From: Eledone cirrhosa
Taxonomy: Eukaryota
DNA length: 64,000 nt
Assembly: GCA_964016885.1 (NCBI GenBank)
Contig: OZ024742.1
Coordinates: 53,010,001 to 53,074,000 of the forward strand
Direction: 5' to 3'
The notes below the pieces were generated by a model. That model searched no databases, was not told where the DNA came from, and worked only from the letters and a program-made list of their open reading frames with translations. Of this stretch, positions 27,641 to 41,051 are shown piece after piece (the first letter of the stretch is position 1; each line of letters begins with the position of its first letter). A program made the position numbers and the translations under genes.

Positions 27641-28310
27641 TTTATAGAATGAAATAATGTGTAAGAGATCGGACAGAATAAAGGTGTCTACTTTCTTCTG
27701 CTTTGTCTACACTGAAATCTAACAAGAAATAATGCATCAGAACATTTCTAGTAAGTTGTGATTTCAATGGTTCTTATAGATTTCTATAAAGCTAATAGAA
27801 TGTCTTCCTCGTCATATGGAACGATGTGTGTCTTTTTTGATTCAGTACAGAAACAAAAGCCACGTATTTTGAATTTAGAAACATGGAAAATGTATATTTC
27901 TAACTGTGGCAAAAGACTAAAAATATTTTAAATCAGGCAGAATTGGCAGATTTGGGTTACGCAACCTTTCAGGAATACACGTTATTATACATATATATTT
28001 CTTTTTAAATTGTGCTGCATGCTGCTTTAAAATTAAGATTGTAAACGTAATAATTCGATTGAATATCAAATTAAATTATCAACTATGAAATTATAACCGA
28101 CACACACACACACACACACATGAGTTCTTTCGTTGGTTTGGTATTGTGTGGTTGGGTTTTGCCTACTGCAATTTTCAATTTGTCAAGCTATTTAAACGTT
28201 TGTTATTACTCTAAGGACCTACCCTTATTGAGTGCTTTGCTACTCGTTCCTTATTGTAGGTCGACTTTGCTTGGCCACAGCCACGGCTTCGATTTTACTA
28301 ACCTTCCACT

Positions 28311-28437
<127 letters not shown>

Positions 28438-28444
28438 TAAAATA

Positions 28445-28520
28445 ACAGATTAAAGTTTAAGCAAAGAATCGCTGCTTTCACCCTTAACGGGATCTTCTGA
28501 AACTAACAAAGTCAATCTGT
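28445..28520 (-). ncRNA. Type I hammerhead-like ribozyme with variant core CAGAAGA
   Basis: Stem I AGUUU/AAACU plus distal ACAGAUUGA/UUAAUCUGU; stem II U-CCC-guuaa-GGG-U; GAAA; stem III AGCA/UGCU; triplet CUU. Confidence 0.62.
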
Positions 28521-29418
28521 AAACGCAGAACTGGATATTTCAAAAAACGTTGCAACCGGAGGAAGACAGGAAGACGATACTTTGGTTCGTGGTAACGTTC
28601 GCTGGCAAAGAACGGGAAAAAACGAATAATACGTCATTAATAGGAGCGGTGAAAAACAATTACGCGCAAAGACAAAACCACGTTTATGGTATAAAAGAGG
28701 TCGTAGACTAATGTTCTCTTAGGTGGTGCATAGAGACGTTCTCTGGCAATGAACGAAAAAACGAAGATAATAAGTCATATGTGGAGCGTGGAGAACAATA
28801 GCACGCAAAGACAAAACCACGTAAATCGTAGACTAAAATTCTAACTAGGAGACCAAATGAATCTCCGCTACAGAGTTAAGAACAAAGTAAATAAATACAA
28901 TACAGAAGTAATAGAAACAAATAAATACATACACGCAAACAGATACGTACATACACAAGCATACGCAAAACCTTACCATGGGTATACAAAACCACGCACA
29001 TATAAATATGTGTGTGTGTGTATGCTTGTGTACAAATAAATAAATAATTATATAAACGTATATAAGTAAATAAATACGTATATAACAAGCGCACACGCAT
29101 ACCTACATATAAATACACGAATGTTCGGAGACGTAAGTCAACTAAAACAAGAAGTACACATATACACACACCCACCATACGTACGAACCTGCACACTCAC
29201 GCGGACGCAAAACTCCCGTATACACATAGCCACACCCTAAATACCAGAATATGTAAAGATTATACGCTATAACAGTCAAATGTACGTACGAGAAGGTATA
29301 CATACCTTCACAAAACATACGGGTAATATATACTTACTAATGCAAATAAGTACAGGAATAAACAAAACATATACTTAGCTCCCACATCAAGACGTAAAAT
29401 ATCCACGTATAGATCGTG

Positions 29419-29800
29419 CTATCCGTTAGGGTATAACATGGGGCTGTAATACAGGAAAGTTTTGTGCAATTTATGTTTACAAGCCGAAATTGCCTCAGAT
29501 TTTTTGTTTAAGATGTGGTCTGTAGCGTAGAGTATTTCCAGGGCCTCAGCGGCGCAGAGGTCACATGGTCTTTTATTTCCGTTATACGATCTAGCCCTAG
29601 CTAGGATCTCCCAGTGTAACTTATATTGGGTGTGGTTGTCTTTTAGACTCCAGATATAAGCTGAAAGTGACGTCATATTCCTTCTTAGAGGGTAACGAAA
29701 AGAATGGGTATGCATGTAAAGACGCTGCTTGAAACTATTGGCGGTTAACCCTATGTAGGCCCTACGGGACGTGTGTGTTACAACCTTACATTTGTAGACT
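29419..29800 (-). CDS. GIY-YIG endonuclease domain of a Penelope-like element (Naiad-like C-terminus)
   Basis: VYKC...YIGLTANSFKQRLYMHTHSF...LSAYIWSLK...CDLCAAE...LNKKSE...CKH; N-terminally truncated, probably non-functional. Confidence 0.88.
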
Positions 29801-29879
29801 TGCCCCCTATCCGGGAAATGCCTCTCTAGTAACATTGTCTACAAATGTAAGGTTGTAACACATGTAGGGCCTACATAGT

Positions 29880-32800
29880 CAAAAAGTTGCAAGAAATGCT
29901 TCACCAACATCACATGTACGTCAGTGTATTTAAATATACACTGGAGCATATGAACAACACCAGAGATCGTAAAATCATCATTAGGGCGGACAAACGCCCA
30001 GCTTCAGAACATGAACGCAGATTCAATGCACCTGTCACTGATGAAGTTGCAATCATAATGATTGATGAACAGCATGAACGACGTGACATTGTTTTGCAAA
30101 AACGAAGTGGACATTTGGAACGAATTTGTGAAACTCCAATATCCGCTCATCTTTTGGAATGGTCAAGATGGATATCATTTTCAGCTACAGCACATCAGCC
30201 CAGAAACGGGACAAGAAACTGGCCGATCAATCAGCTGCAAAGAATTCTATGCTTATCATTTCATGGTACGTGATCACTTCAATCAAGTTCTGCGATTCAA
30301 AGAAATAACCAACCAGTTCATGGTGGGCATGTACGCCAAAATTGAAACAGAAAGATTGGGTTTTCTGCGAAGGAATCAAACTAAGTTGAGGGCAGATAAC
30401 TACATCCACCTTAGAGATGCCATCAATTCTGATGTTGACCCAAGAAATATTGGCCACATGAACGTACGCAAGATGAAATGGCCTATGTGAGAAAATTTGG
30501 TCGCCAGATCTCTTCATTACATTTACATGAAATTCAAACTGGTCAGAAATCTCAAATGAATTATTTCAAAATCAAAAACCAAAGGATCGACATGACCTCA
30601 TTGCTCGGGTTTTCCATGAAAAGCAAAAAAAAACTCATCTGGCTCCTAAAAGAAGGAAGAATCTTTGGTGAGCTTAATGCTTGGATGACCACTATTGAGT
30701 GGCAAAAGAGAGGTCTTCCTCACTCTCACACACTAATCTGGTGCAAGAAGATAAGACCAGATGATGTTGATAAGATCATTTCAGCAGAGTTGCCTGATAA
30801 ATGTGGTGATCCAGAGCTCTTTGAAACCATCAAGTCCAAACTCATTCATGGTCTATGTGGAGTCATTAATCCAGCCTCTCCCTGCATGAAAGATCAAAAA
30901 TGCAGCAAACATTATCCTAGAGCTTTTATTCGGGAAACTCGGACTGACAATAATGGATACCCCCTTTATCGTAGGTGTAGACCAGAACATGGAGGCAATA
31001 CTGCAAGCCTAACAGTTCGAGGAGATGAGCTAACCATAAACAATCAGTAAGTCGTCCCACACAACAAATTGTTGTGTAAACTTTTAAAAGCTCATATCAA
31101 TGTTGAGTATTGCATCTCTGTCAAGGCAATCCTATATGTCACAAAATATATCAACAAGGGCAGTGACATGGCTACCTTTATTACTGACAAAGAACTCAAT
31201 GATGGTGGGCTGGATGAGGTCAAACGGTATCAAACAGGTCGATACATCACCAGCAATGAAGCTATCTGGCAAATCTTTGGATTTGATATCCACCAACGCC
31301 ACCAAAGTGGTCAACCTCGCAGTCCATCTGGAAAATGGACAGAGTGTGTACTTCACTGAGATCACTGCTCATCAGTTGGCACAAGCATCACATGACACTA
31401 CACTAACTGCTTTCTTTAAACTCTGCCAGAATGATGAATTTGCTCGATCCCTCCTATATGCTGAAGTCCCAACATACTACACCTGGACCAATTGCAAGAC
31501 CTGGAATCGAAGAAAGCAGGGTCATTTAGTGGAAGGTCATGAAGTCAAGTCAAGTGATGCTATTGGGCGTGTTTACAATGTTCATCCCAACAACAGAGAA
31601 TGTTTATATTTATGGCTACTTCTGCATACTGTTCGAGGACCAATGTCATTTGAGAATCTTAGGTGCTTCAGAGTAAGGAGTGCGCAACATACCAAGGAGC
31701 ATGTAAACAGCATGGACTCCGGCATGACAATGGACACTGAAAGAAGTACCTAGAAGAAGCAGCAATCACTCAAGTAGCCAGTCAAATAAGACAATTATTT
31801 GCTAATATGCTCACAGCATGTGGATTGATGAAGCTCATCTACTCTGGCAGGAGTACAAAAACAATATGTCGGACGACTATCTACACCTAGCTCGAAGACA
31901 TCATGGCAATGTGTATATGGAATATACCCCCAGGATTTACAATAAAGCTCTCTATGACCTGTCCCATCGAGTTCAAGCAATGAATAGCACATTAGCTAAC
32001 TGCGGGATGCCAGAGCCAGAAGAAATGGAGATAGCACAAGACATTTTTCAGAAGACAAGCTACGATATTCAAGCATTGCGTAAGTTTGTGGATGAAAATG
32101 AACCTCGATTGATGGATGACCAGAAATACGCCTACCACAACATCATCAAAAACATTCAAAATGACAGGGCAGGACTTTTCTTCATCGATGCTCCTGCTGG
32201 CACAGGCAAGACATTCCTCATAAACCTCCTGCTTGCAAAAGTTCGCCAAAAGCAACATATTGCCCTTGCTGTGGCTTCAAGTGGCATTGCAGCAACACTT
32301 CTGGATGGAGGAAGAACTGCACACTCCATGTTTAAGCTGCCCATAGATCTCACACGGCATGAACAATCTTTTTGCAACATCAAGAACTCACCCAAGGGCA
32401 AGCTTCTGCAAACATGCAAGATCATAATTTGGGATGAAGCTACTATGAGCCATAAAGGAGCAATTGAAGCTTTGGACCAGACGATAAGGGATCTGAGAGA
32501 AAATAGCTGCATAATGGGAGGAGTGACAATGGTTCTTGCTGGTGATTTCAGACAAACTCTGCCTGTAATTCTTCGAGGGACTCAAGCTGATCAGGTCAAT
32601 GCCTGTCTGAAAACAACCTATCTCTGGCCCCACTTTCAGCTGCTAAGCCTTACAACCAACATGCGAGTGCACTTAACTGGTGACGAAGGTGTCAGTGAGT
32701 TTGCCATCCAACTACTTAAATTGGGAAATGGACTTCTTGAAAAGCACTCCAATGACCATATTCAGTTGTCATTTGGCCATATCATTGACACAGAACAAGA

Positions 32801-33435
32801 GTGTTTCCAAACATTCAAACCAGGCAATGTGATCCGAAATGGCTCTGTGAACGAGCAATCTTAGCACCTAAAAATGTTTCTGTGAAAGAAATCAACAGAA
32901 GGCTGCTGGAGATGTTACCGGGAGAGAAAATATGCTACAAATCAGTTGACACAATCATTTCTCAAGACCAACTGAATTTTTTAACAGACTTGAACAAGCG
33001 GGAATTCCTCCACACAACCTGATACTGAAGCTTGGAGCATCGGTTATGCTACTTCGCAATCTGGATTCTCCAAAACTTTGTAATGGCACAAGACTCATCA
33101 TCAAAAATATGATGTCCAATGTTCTAGAAGTTGCAATCATGTCACGAAAATTTGCTGGTGACAATTGTTTCATTCCCAGAATACCTCTGAAGCCAACTGA
33201 TTTGCCATTTGAATTTCAAAGACTTCAATTTTCGATCAGGCTCAGTTTTGCCATGACTATTAATAAATCTCAAGGGCAATCATTGAAATTCGTTGGGTTG
33301 AATCTGGCAGATCCTGTCTTTTCACATGGTTAACTCTATGTTGGCACAACAAGGGTTGGGAACCCTGATTGTCTCTTCATTGTGGCACCACAGGGCAAAA
33401 CCAAGAATGTTGTTTATCCAGAGGCTTTTGAATGA
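29880..33435 (+). pseudogene. Decayed autonomous Helitron RepHel (HUH Rep + PIF1 helicase)
   Basis: RRFNAP..EVA; EWQKRGLPHSH (HUH motif 2); YVTKYINKG (motif 3); DAPAGTGKT (Walker A); WDEATM; GDFRQTLPV; NKSQGQS; many frameshifts. Confidence 0.95.
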
Positions 33436-34356
33436 GCAATGTCGTAATTCCTCATTCAATGACAATACACACAGATCCTAATTCCTTAGTCATGTAGTTT
33501 GCAAGGAATTTTTAAGCCGCAAATTTACAGCATGGTGTTACTTTGGAAGAATATGCAGGCATTCCCGGGTACCTTAAGTAGTCTAAGTGAGGACTTTGTT
33601 GGGTAGAAATAGCAGCCAAATTTCCTTCAAATCCCACCTTACTTTCTCAGGTATGTATATATGTATGAAGCAAATAGGAATGGTTCTATGTGATAACTCA
33701 ATCTACTAGGAATATTAGCAAAATCCATTTCAAATCACAAACAACTGTCTTACACACATACATGTGTGTGTATGTATCTATGTATGTCATGTGAGCCACT
33801 ATAACTGTTGGTATAGCTAATAGAAATAGAAAACAAATCTCCCTCAAAGAAGATCCTACTGCTAGAGAGGCAAAGATTGGTGAAAGCTAGTGTACAAATT
33901 TAAATATACTTTCCCCGAATTACAGAAATGAGTAAGTAAATGCTTCATTCAATCATAAACCAATGCTAAATTTATTTTCTTATTTCATTATTGGTTTTTA
34001 AAATAGTCTTTACATGTTGTTTGAATTTCAGAGGTTCAGATTGAGCAAAAAAAAAAAAAAAAAAAAGGATAAATAAAAAAAAATCTAAATGTATTTTTTT
34101 GGTCATGCCCTTTTCACTGACAACATATCCTAATGATTCATCTATGAGTAAAGCATTATATATGCTGACTGTAATAGGGAGCAGTATTCAAAAAATCACC
34201 ACTGGAAAAAACTAATATTTTTATCTAGATGATTTACTTTGACCAAACGGCAATAAATATTCTGCTATAATTCCTCCTTCTATAAAATTCAGCAATCATA
34301 TTTGAATGGTCAAATATTTTGTAATGTGGGCCAAATATATTGTAACTTTCATAAAA

Positions 34357-34385
34357 TACCCGGGTATCACCAGGTAGCTCAGCTA

Positions 34386-34386
<1 letters not shown>
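34357..34386 (+). terminator. Helitron 3' terminus (hairpin + CTAG|T)
   Basis: tacccgggtatcaccaggtagctcagCTAG followed by (TA)n. Confidence 0.65.
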
Positions 34387-34436
<50 letters not shown>

Positions 34437-34626
34437 TGTGTGTATGTTTGTGCATAGAACAATAAAAAAGCAAAAGTCAGGTAAAGGTAGATAGTTAGTT
34501 CATTGTTTTACGATTGTTTCAGAGGGTGGATTGATCGATGGAGATCGATGTACCGACTAGCATGGTAATGGTTAAGTTACTACCTATATCTGGTCTCGAG
34601 GAAGACAGCCAATTGAACAAGTTATA

Positions 34627-34801
34627 CAGTGAAATTCCATTATAACGAAATTCGGGGGGTATAAAGCAAAATTAGTTGTAACGAAAAATTCTTTATAACA
34701 AGATCAAACCTACACATTGAGCATGTGGCCGGGGATTGAAAAACTTTTGTTATACTGAAAAATACGATGTAATGTTATTCATTATAACGGAATTTTACCT
34801 T
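34627..34801. mobile_element. pogo/Tigger-like MITE
   Basis: Imperfect TIRs cagtgaaattccattataacga / tcattataacggaattttacct with TA flanks. Confidence 0.55.
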
Positions 34802-34879
34802 ATATATGTTGGGTTGTAGATTTATAGGTATAAAAATAACAACAAACATTTAATAATAATGAAAATGATTGTGTACAAT

Positions 34880-36060
34880 ACTCAGGTGCACTACAACTCA
34901 TCAAAAGTGCATATACACACCACACACACATGCATGCATGTGGGGAATATCAGGTGTAGTGGTGGCAAATTTCTGGAGGCATGGAAGTTTTGAAGAATGC
35001 TGTGTCCTGACAGCTAATAACTGATGCAGGTTGTTTGTTTCATGCTTCAGCATCTCTGAGTGTGAAAAAATGTTTCTGAAAGTCATGAAGCTATACCGTT
35101 TTCTGATTTTGTAGACATGCCCATGGGTGTTAGACATATGAAATTCAAAAAAGTGCCCAGGGTTGTTCTTTGTAAGATGGTTAATAATCTTGTGGGTGTC
35201 TACCAAGTCTCTTGCCAGACATCAGAGCTTTAATGTATCCATGTCCAGAGAAGCAAGGCATTCAGATTATGGTTGATTCCTGATGGAAGGTATTCGCTTG
35301 GTTGCACATTTCTGAACAGTTTCCAGATCCATATTCTGAGCAAGATAGGGGTTCCAGACTGGTGATGTAAATTCAAAGTGTGGACACACCATAGCTATAT
35401 ACAGCTTTAAATAGCTAGCTGGAGAGTGGCTAACAAAGACCTTACTGAGTGATGCTAAGATACCTTCGGCCTTCTTGACAATTTTAGAGATGTGCTTTGT
35501 CTAATGCAAATTGCTGTTGACAATAGTGCTAAGATCACATTCACATGAAGACTTCTTGAGATTGGTGTTGTGGAGGGAGTATGTGAATGCTGGGTTATTT
35601 TCCTTTCAAAATGCCTGATGGTACACTTGTCCACAGGAAGCGTGAGTTGCCAGTCCATAATACATTGCTGCAGTGTGTTCAGGTTTTATTGCAGGAAAGA
35701 TGTATAGTGTTCAGGATCTGTCCTTTTTATCTAAAGGTACAGCTTGATGTAAACTACATATTTCGGCACTGTGACATTCTTCAAGTTGGCATATATGTCA
35801 TTAATATATGCAACAAACAAAAGGGCACCAAGAATAGATCCCTATGGTACACTAGATGTCATCTCATAGTGTGAACCACTGTCCTGGAACCACAACTTTT
35901 TTCAACTGAGAATGAAGGACTTTAACTAGTTATAAAGATCATCTTTCCCACCTATTGCAGAGAGTTTTGCCATAAGTCTTTTGTGTGGCACAGAATTAAA
36001 AGCTTTAGCAAAGTTAAAATAAATAACATGAGCCGCCATCAGTGATTCAGGTAAAGTCTT
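34880..36060 (-). mobile_element. CR1-clade LINE 3' part, decayed
   Basis: Minus strand: VIYFNFAKAFNSVPHKRL (~36000); LETVQKCATKRIPSI (~35300); SNTHGHVYKIRK. Confidence 0.85.
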
Positions 36061-36549
36061 CAAGAAACTAGATGAATTGGCCACAGCAGCTGGAGTTAGG
36101 GATTTACTGATGGGATGATGCCATACATGTATTTCAGTTGTCTGTATTATATTTATCTTGGTTGACTGGTACTGGAGCTTTCCAAGGCCAAGGATGCTGG
36201 AAACTGATCATCCAGTGAAGATTTTTATTTTATGTATAACAACACACATGCACACATGTCCCACTGTAAGCTGAAGACACAACCAACACTGTAGTGTTGT
36301 AGGCTGCTGCCATGATAAAATCCACCCAGATACTTGATAAAGTTATAATGTGGTGCCCCAATAAAATACCCCCAGTCTACATTATAAAGTGGAAGTACTG
36401 GTGCCATGATAAAATCACCCAGTTAACCCTGTAAGCTGATTATGCTGGGGCCACAATTATAAGCACCCAGCCCACATTATAAAGTAGTAGTATTAGTGCC
36501 GTGATAAAAAGCCCCTAGTTTGTTCTGTAAAGTGGTAGTGCTGGGGTTT

Positions 36550-36720
36550 TAAGGTTTCAAGGTCGTTAAGTGTGCATGAATCATTGGGGCAAACTAACAG
36601 ATGCTCCATTGTTTGTAATTGCCCGTATTGGCAGTTGGAATAATCATCAGTGGCATATCCCCATTTCTGAAAGTTGGCGACACTACATGCTATTTTTCTG
36701 GTCAAAAAGGGGTGCACATT
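36550..36720 (-). mobile_element. LINE C-terminal CCHC fragment (Ingi/Vingi-like)
   Basis: KWGY...CQYGQLQTMEHLLVCP motif. Confidence 0.55.
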
Positions 36721-36780
36721 ATACATGAATGAGCGCAATGCACAGAAAAATACAGTCTTTAGGTCAAGTCTTTGGTTTAA

Positions 36781-37004
36781 CCCTTTTGATAGCAACCCAC
36801 CTAAAACCAGCTCTGGTTCTATGGAACAAAACCATCCAAGTGTTCCTATTTAGATTAATTCTAACATACTTTTCTATAAAAGCTTTTTCATAAGCTGTGT
36901 TACAATTACTATCTAATAATGAAATAATTAGTAAATCCTTCTAAATTCTTCATTAATTTAATTCAAACACAATGTATTATATTAGAAATGTGGCAAAGAA
37001 AGGG
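36781..37004. mobile_element. piggyBac-type MITE
   Basis: TTAA|CCCTTT ... AAAGGG|TTAA. Confidence 0.7.
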
Positions 37005-38119
37005 TTAAGGATAGCTTCTTCTCTCCATCTCACCCTGCCTCAGAAACTTTGAAAACTATCATAGGCTCTACTCTTTCTTCCCTGACTAAAGAATTGTTTT
37101 TTATATATATATATCATGAAAAATGGAAGTGAAGTAAAATATAGCAACAGTTTAGTGTGTGTGTGTGTGTGTCTGTGTCTGTGTCTGTGTCTGTGTGTGT
37201 GTGTCTCCATATACACACTGGAACAAAAAATTCCTAACAAGGACTGAACATAATAGAATCAAATTCCCATTGTCACTGCCACCATCTCTCTCACTTTCTC
37301 CATCTATTACTATTATAAGCAAATGGGGGCCCATGCTCACTAGGCTAACACCTGCAGGTAGCCAACTCCATGCTGATTGTGGTAGGTAGGGAGGTTCTCC
37401 TAGGGTCAACCAGAAGTCTCCATTGCTACGGGCTCCACTGCAAACCTGTTGAAGAGCGACTGTGTAACAACAATCCAATAAATATTATTCTACTAATAAT
37501 TGATCTCATATTGATCTCATATTGACATACAAACTAATAAAATTAATATGGGTTGTTTTCTGTGTTGTATCTATTTTTAAAACTTACTTTTATTTCTGGT
37601 TATTTGGCAGTAAATTGGTAGCAAATCATTAAAGTATTGGACTAAATGCCTTGATATTTGTTCTGGCTCTTTGAGCTCTGAATTGAAATCCTACAGAGGT
37701 TAACTTTGCATTTAATCCTTTCAGGGTTGATAATTAAAATACCAATTCAGAGGTGATGGATTGGTGGAATTGTGATGTCAATTTCTTAACAATTCATAGT
37801 TAAGTTAAAGTTTGAACCAATCCCAGAGGCTCAACAGGCTGGAGCTTGCCCTGGTTTTATTGGTGTTAAGTGACTGAGAATACAAAACTTCTCACTGGAA
37901 AAGACATGAGATCTGTTATAATGGTAAGCCCCAACTTTTGCTCAGACTCATTATTTGTTTTTACAACTGAGCTAACTTGGGCCAACATGAAATGTAGTAT
38001 CTTGACACAATATAACATCCACTTTGGGAATCCAACCCATGCTGAAGGGTCTTTGGAGTAACATTACTTGATAGAGTGCATAGCTTGGAGATCAGAAAGT
38101 CACTTCAGGTAGAGCTGCT

Positions 38120-38352
38120 ACTTCTCCAATTCGGGAGATCACAACTCTGGCACTATGGACATGTGGTTAGAATGTTTCAGGAAAGAATCGCTGGACAGAT
38201 TTTATGAGCGAAATCAAATGGCAGGAGACCCAGAGGTAGACCCTGAGCAAGATGGTTAGATAACATCCATGAACTTAGCTGGTCTCGCTTGGGGATCCAG
38301 CCAGATCTGTTGGAAACAGTTGCTTCTGACAAGAATAAGAGGGTGAAGAAGA
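38120..38352 (+). mobile_element. RTE 3'-end fragment
   Basis: LWHYGHVVRM...GRRPRGRP*ARWLDNI with gaa-rich tail. Confidence 0.75.
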
Positions 38353-38424
38353 AGATAAATATTTATATATTTTATTTATGTAAATATCCATATACATATA
38401 ATATATAAAAATGTATAATATATA

Positions 38425-39180
38425 TAGCAGTGAGACCCGGCCACTGTGTGCTGAGGATCTGCAAGACTGGAAAGAAATAAAGCCTCCATGCTTCAATGGA
38501 TGTGCAATAGCAATATACGTGAACAGCAATGTATAAATGTACTGCGCGAGAAATTAGGCATAAGTGGGATCAGTTGTTGCATGCAGGAGAGGAGATTGCA
38601 TTGGTATGGACATGTGATCATATGAAGGATGACAACTGTATAAAAAAGTGCAGAACGTTCAAATTAGCCATGGAGTGGGTAGGCCTAGGAAGACTTGGGA
38701 TGAAGTAATAAAAGCTGACATTGCACAATTACACCTCATCAAAAACCTGCCCTACCATATTTTTGAGCTGAGGCATATATCTAATAAGCAACACCTTCCT
38801 CTACCTTCTCCCCTCCCTTTGCAGTAGCTGTCTCTCCCGTATTACCTACGTCCACAATTTCTCCAAGCTTCCTCCCCCCCCACCCCTTCCCTAGTTCCCA
38901 TCTCACACCAGGTAGTGACTCCCACCCCCCACCCCTCAGTTGTCAAGACAAAACCACCAGTTCATGCTGTAATATGGTCATGTCGGTGACACGACAAAAA
39001 GCACCCAGCACACACTGTAAATGTGGTTGGTGTTAGGAAGGGGATCCAGCTGTAGAAACCAAGCCAAAATCAACCTCAGGTGAGCAAAACACGGTCCTCT
39101 GACCTGATTCTCTCCCAAAGGGTCAACCCATCCTGCCCATGCTAGCATAGAAAATGGACCTTAAACAATGGTGATGATAA
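38425..39180 (+). mobile_element. RTE fragment joined to a short-repeat 3' unit with (GAT)n tail
   Basis: Homologous to 23020-23330 (EDLQ.LERN, QERRLHWYGHV); 38985-39185 matches the 19120 family. Confidence 0.7.
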
Positions 39181-39190
39181 TGATGATAAC

Positions 39191-39253
<63 letters not shown>

Positions 39254-39274
39254 AAATCTGAGGCCATATATATA

Positions 39275-40437
39275 TGGAGGAGGGTGTTCTGAAAGTACAG
39301 TAGCGAGAGTAAGAATGGAATAAAGAAAATTCAGGGAATTACTACTGTTGCTGGCTACAAAAAGTTTTCTTTCAAAATAAAGGGCAGATTGCACAAGGCA
39401 TGTCTACAAACAGCAGTGTTGCATGGTATCGTATTCAGAGTATCTGAGAAGATTGGAAAGAAATGAAGCCTGCATGCTCCAATGGATGTGTAATAGTAAT
39501 ATACATGAATAGCAAAGCGTAAATGAATTCAGAGACAAATTGGGTATAAGGGGGATCAGATGCAGTGTGCAAGAGAGGGGATTGGTTGGTATAGCCATGT
39601 GATGTGTATGAAGCATGACAGCTATATAAAAAGGTCCAGGGCGATCAAAGTTGATGGAAGCTTTGGAGTAGGAAGACCAAGGAAGACTTGGGATAAGGTG
39701 ATAAAAGCTGACATTGCACAATTGCACTTCTAAAAGACAATAACACAGGATGGAAATATTTGCATTATGCAGTAATACAGAAGACCTGCCTTCTCATGCA
39801 CATGAATTTAAGCATACATACATCTAGTATGCACCTCTTAACCACTATCCTCTCTCCCCCTTCCATACACCTCCCATCCCTAACACTCCTCCCACATCTA
39901 ATCACCCCCACCCCCATTCACCCATACCTTTAAGCCCCCTGACCCAGTCCACACTGTAAAGTGGTCATGTAGGTGTCACAATAAAAAGTTTGCAATCCAC
40001 ACTGTAAAGTGGTCGTGCCGGTATCACAATAAAAAGCATCCAGCCCACACTGTAAATTGGTCGTGTTGGTGGCAAAAGCACCCAGCACACACTCTAAAGT
40101 GGTCTTATAGGTGTCTAAAGCACCCAGCCCACACAGTAAATTGGTCATGTAGGTGTCACAACAAAAAGCACCCAGCACACACTGTAAATTAGTCATATAG
40201 GTGACATGACAAAAAGCACCTAGCCGACACTGTAAATTGGTTGTGTAGGTGTCACAACAAAAGGCACCCAGCACACACTGTAAATGTGGTTGGTGTTAAG
40301 AAGGGCACCCAGTCATAAAAACCAAGCCTGAAACAGTTCTGTATGAGTAAGACACTGTCACCTGATCCGACTTGCCTCCAATGGGACAACCCGTCTAACC
40401 CATGCTACAAGGAAAATAAGCATTAAACGATGATGAT
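39275..40437 (+). mobile_element. Second composite RTE fragment + short-repeat unit with ~58-bp tandem array (39940-40290)
   Basis: RTE similarity at 39275-39790; unit aaaagcacccagcacacactgtaaattggtcatgtaggtgtcac repeated ~6 times; tail aaacgatgatgat. Confidence 0.7.
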
Positions 40438-41051
40438 ATATATATATATATACAGAACATCTTATACAAAATCACTAATGAGTAGATCTCAATAAAGTAA
40501 TCTAAAAAGAACACTTTACAAGCCTCTTTCCATTGGGATATATTCTTAGTTAAGTAACACAAAGCTAGAAGGTTTCACCTATATATATGTATATATTGTT
40601 TGTGGGAGATTTCGTTGCTAATACTAGCATTGACTAAGACACCAGAAAAAATTATTTCACAGTATTTTACAAAATTGGGTTGTTTGAGAGAAATTTGATG
40701 TTATTTTTAATGTCATATTTACGTGTGTGTTTATATATATATATAAGGTTTGCTTAAAGACATATTGAGATATTTTGACTTGGTTCAACATTAAGATAAA
40801 CAGAAGGAAGATTTGGGTTCTCATTCTATGATTCTAAAATATAAGATGTATGATTTGAAGGGGATTTGGCTGTTGTGTTTAGCATTTTCTTTTATATAAA
40901 TTTCTATGTTCGGCTGCCCTTTTTAGCACAGTTGTTAACCATTTAGATGTCAACAAGCAAATTCGAAATTTTCCTGTTTACCGTAATATTTATCTGTTGA
41001 CCGTAATATTTATCTGTGTTTTGCAATATAGTAACATCATTTATTTTAATA

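Noticed and set aside
29419-29835. GIY-YIG as a Helitron-captured gene or homing endonuclease
   Set aside because: Opposite strand to the Helitron, with its own pLTR and hammerhead and Penelope-type motifs; best explained as an independent Penelope-like insertion
29419-29835. Selenocysteine recoding as reported for some Naiad-type elements
   Set aside because: No in-frame TGA in the surviving ORF (it ends in TAG) and no SECIS identified by eye
31818-32864. Functional host PIF1 helicase gene
   Set aside because: Contiguous with Helitron Rep motifs, intronless and broken by frameshifts and stops
39930-40274. Cys-rich repeat protein ORF (LQCGLGAFCCDTY)n
   Set aside because: Antisense translation of the ~58-bp retroposon subrepeat
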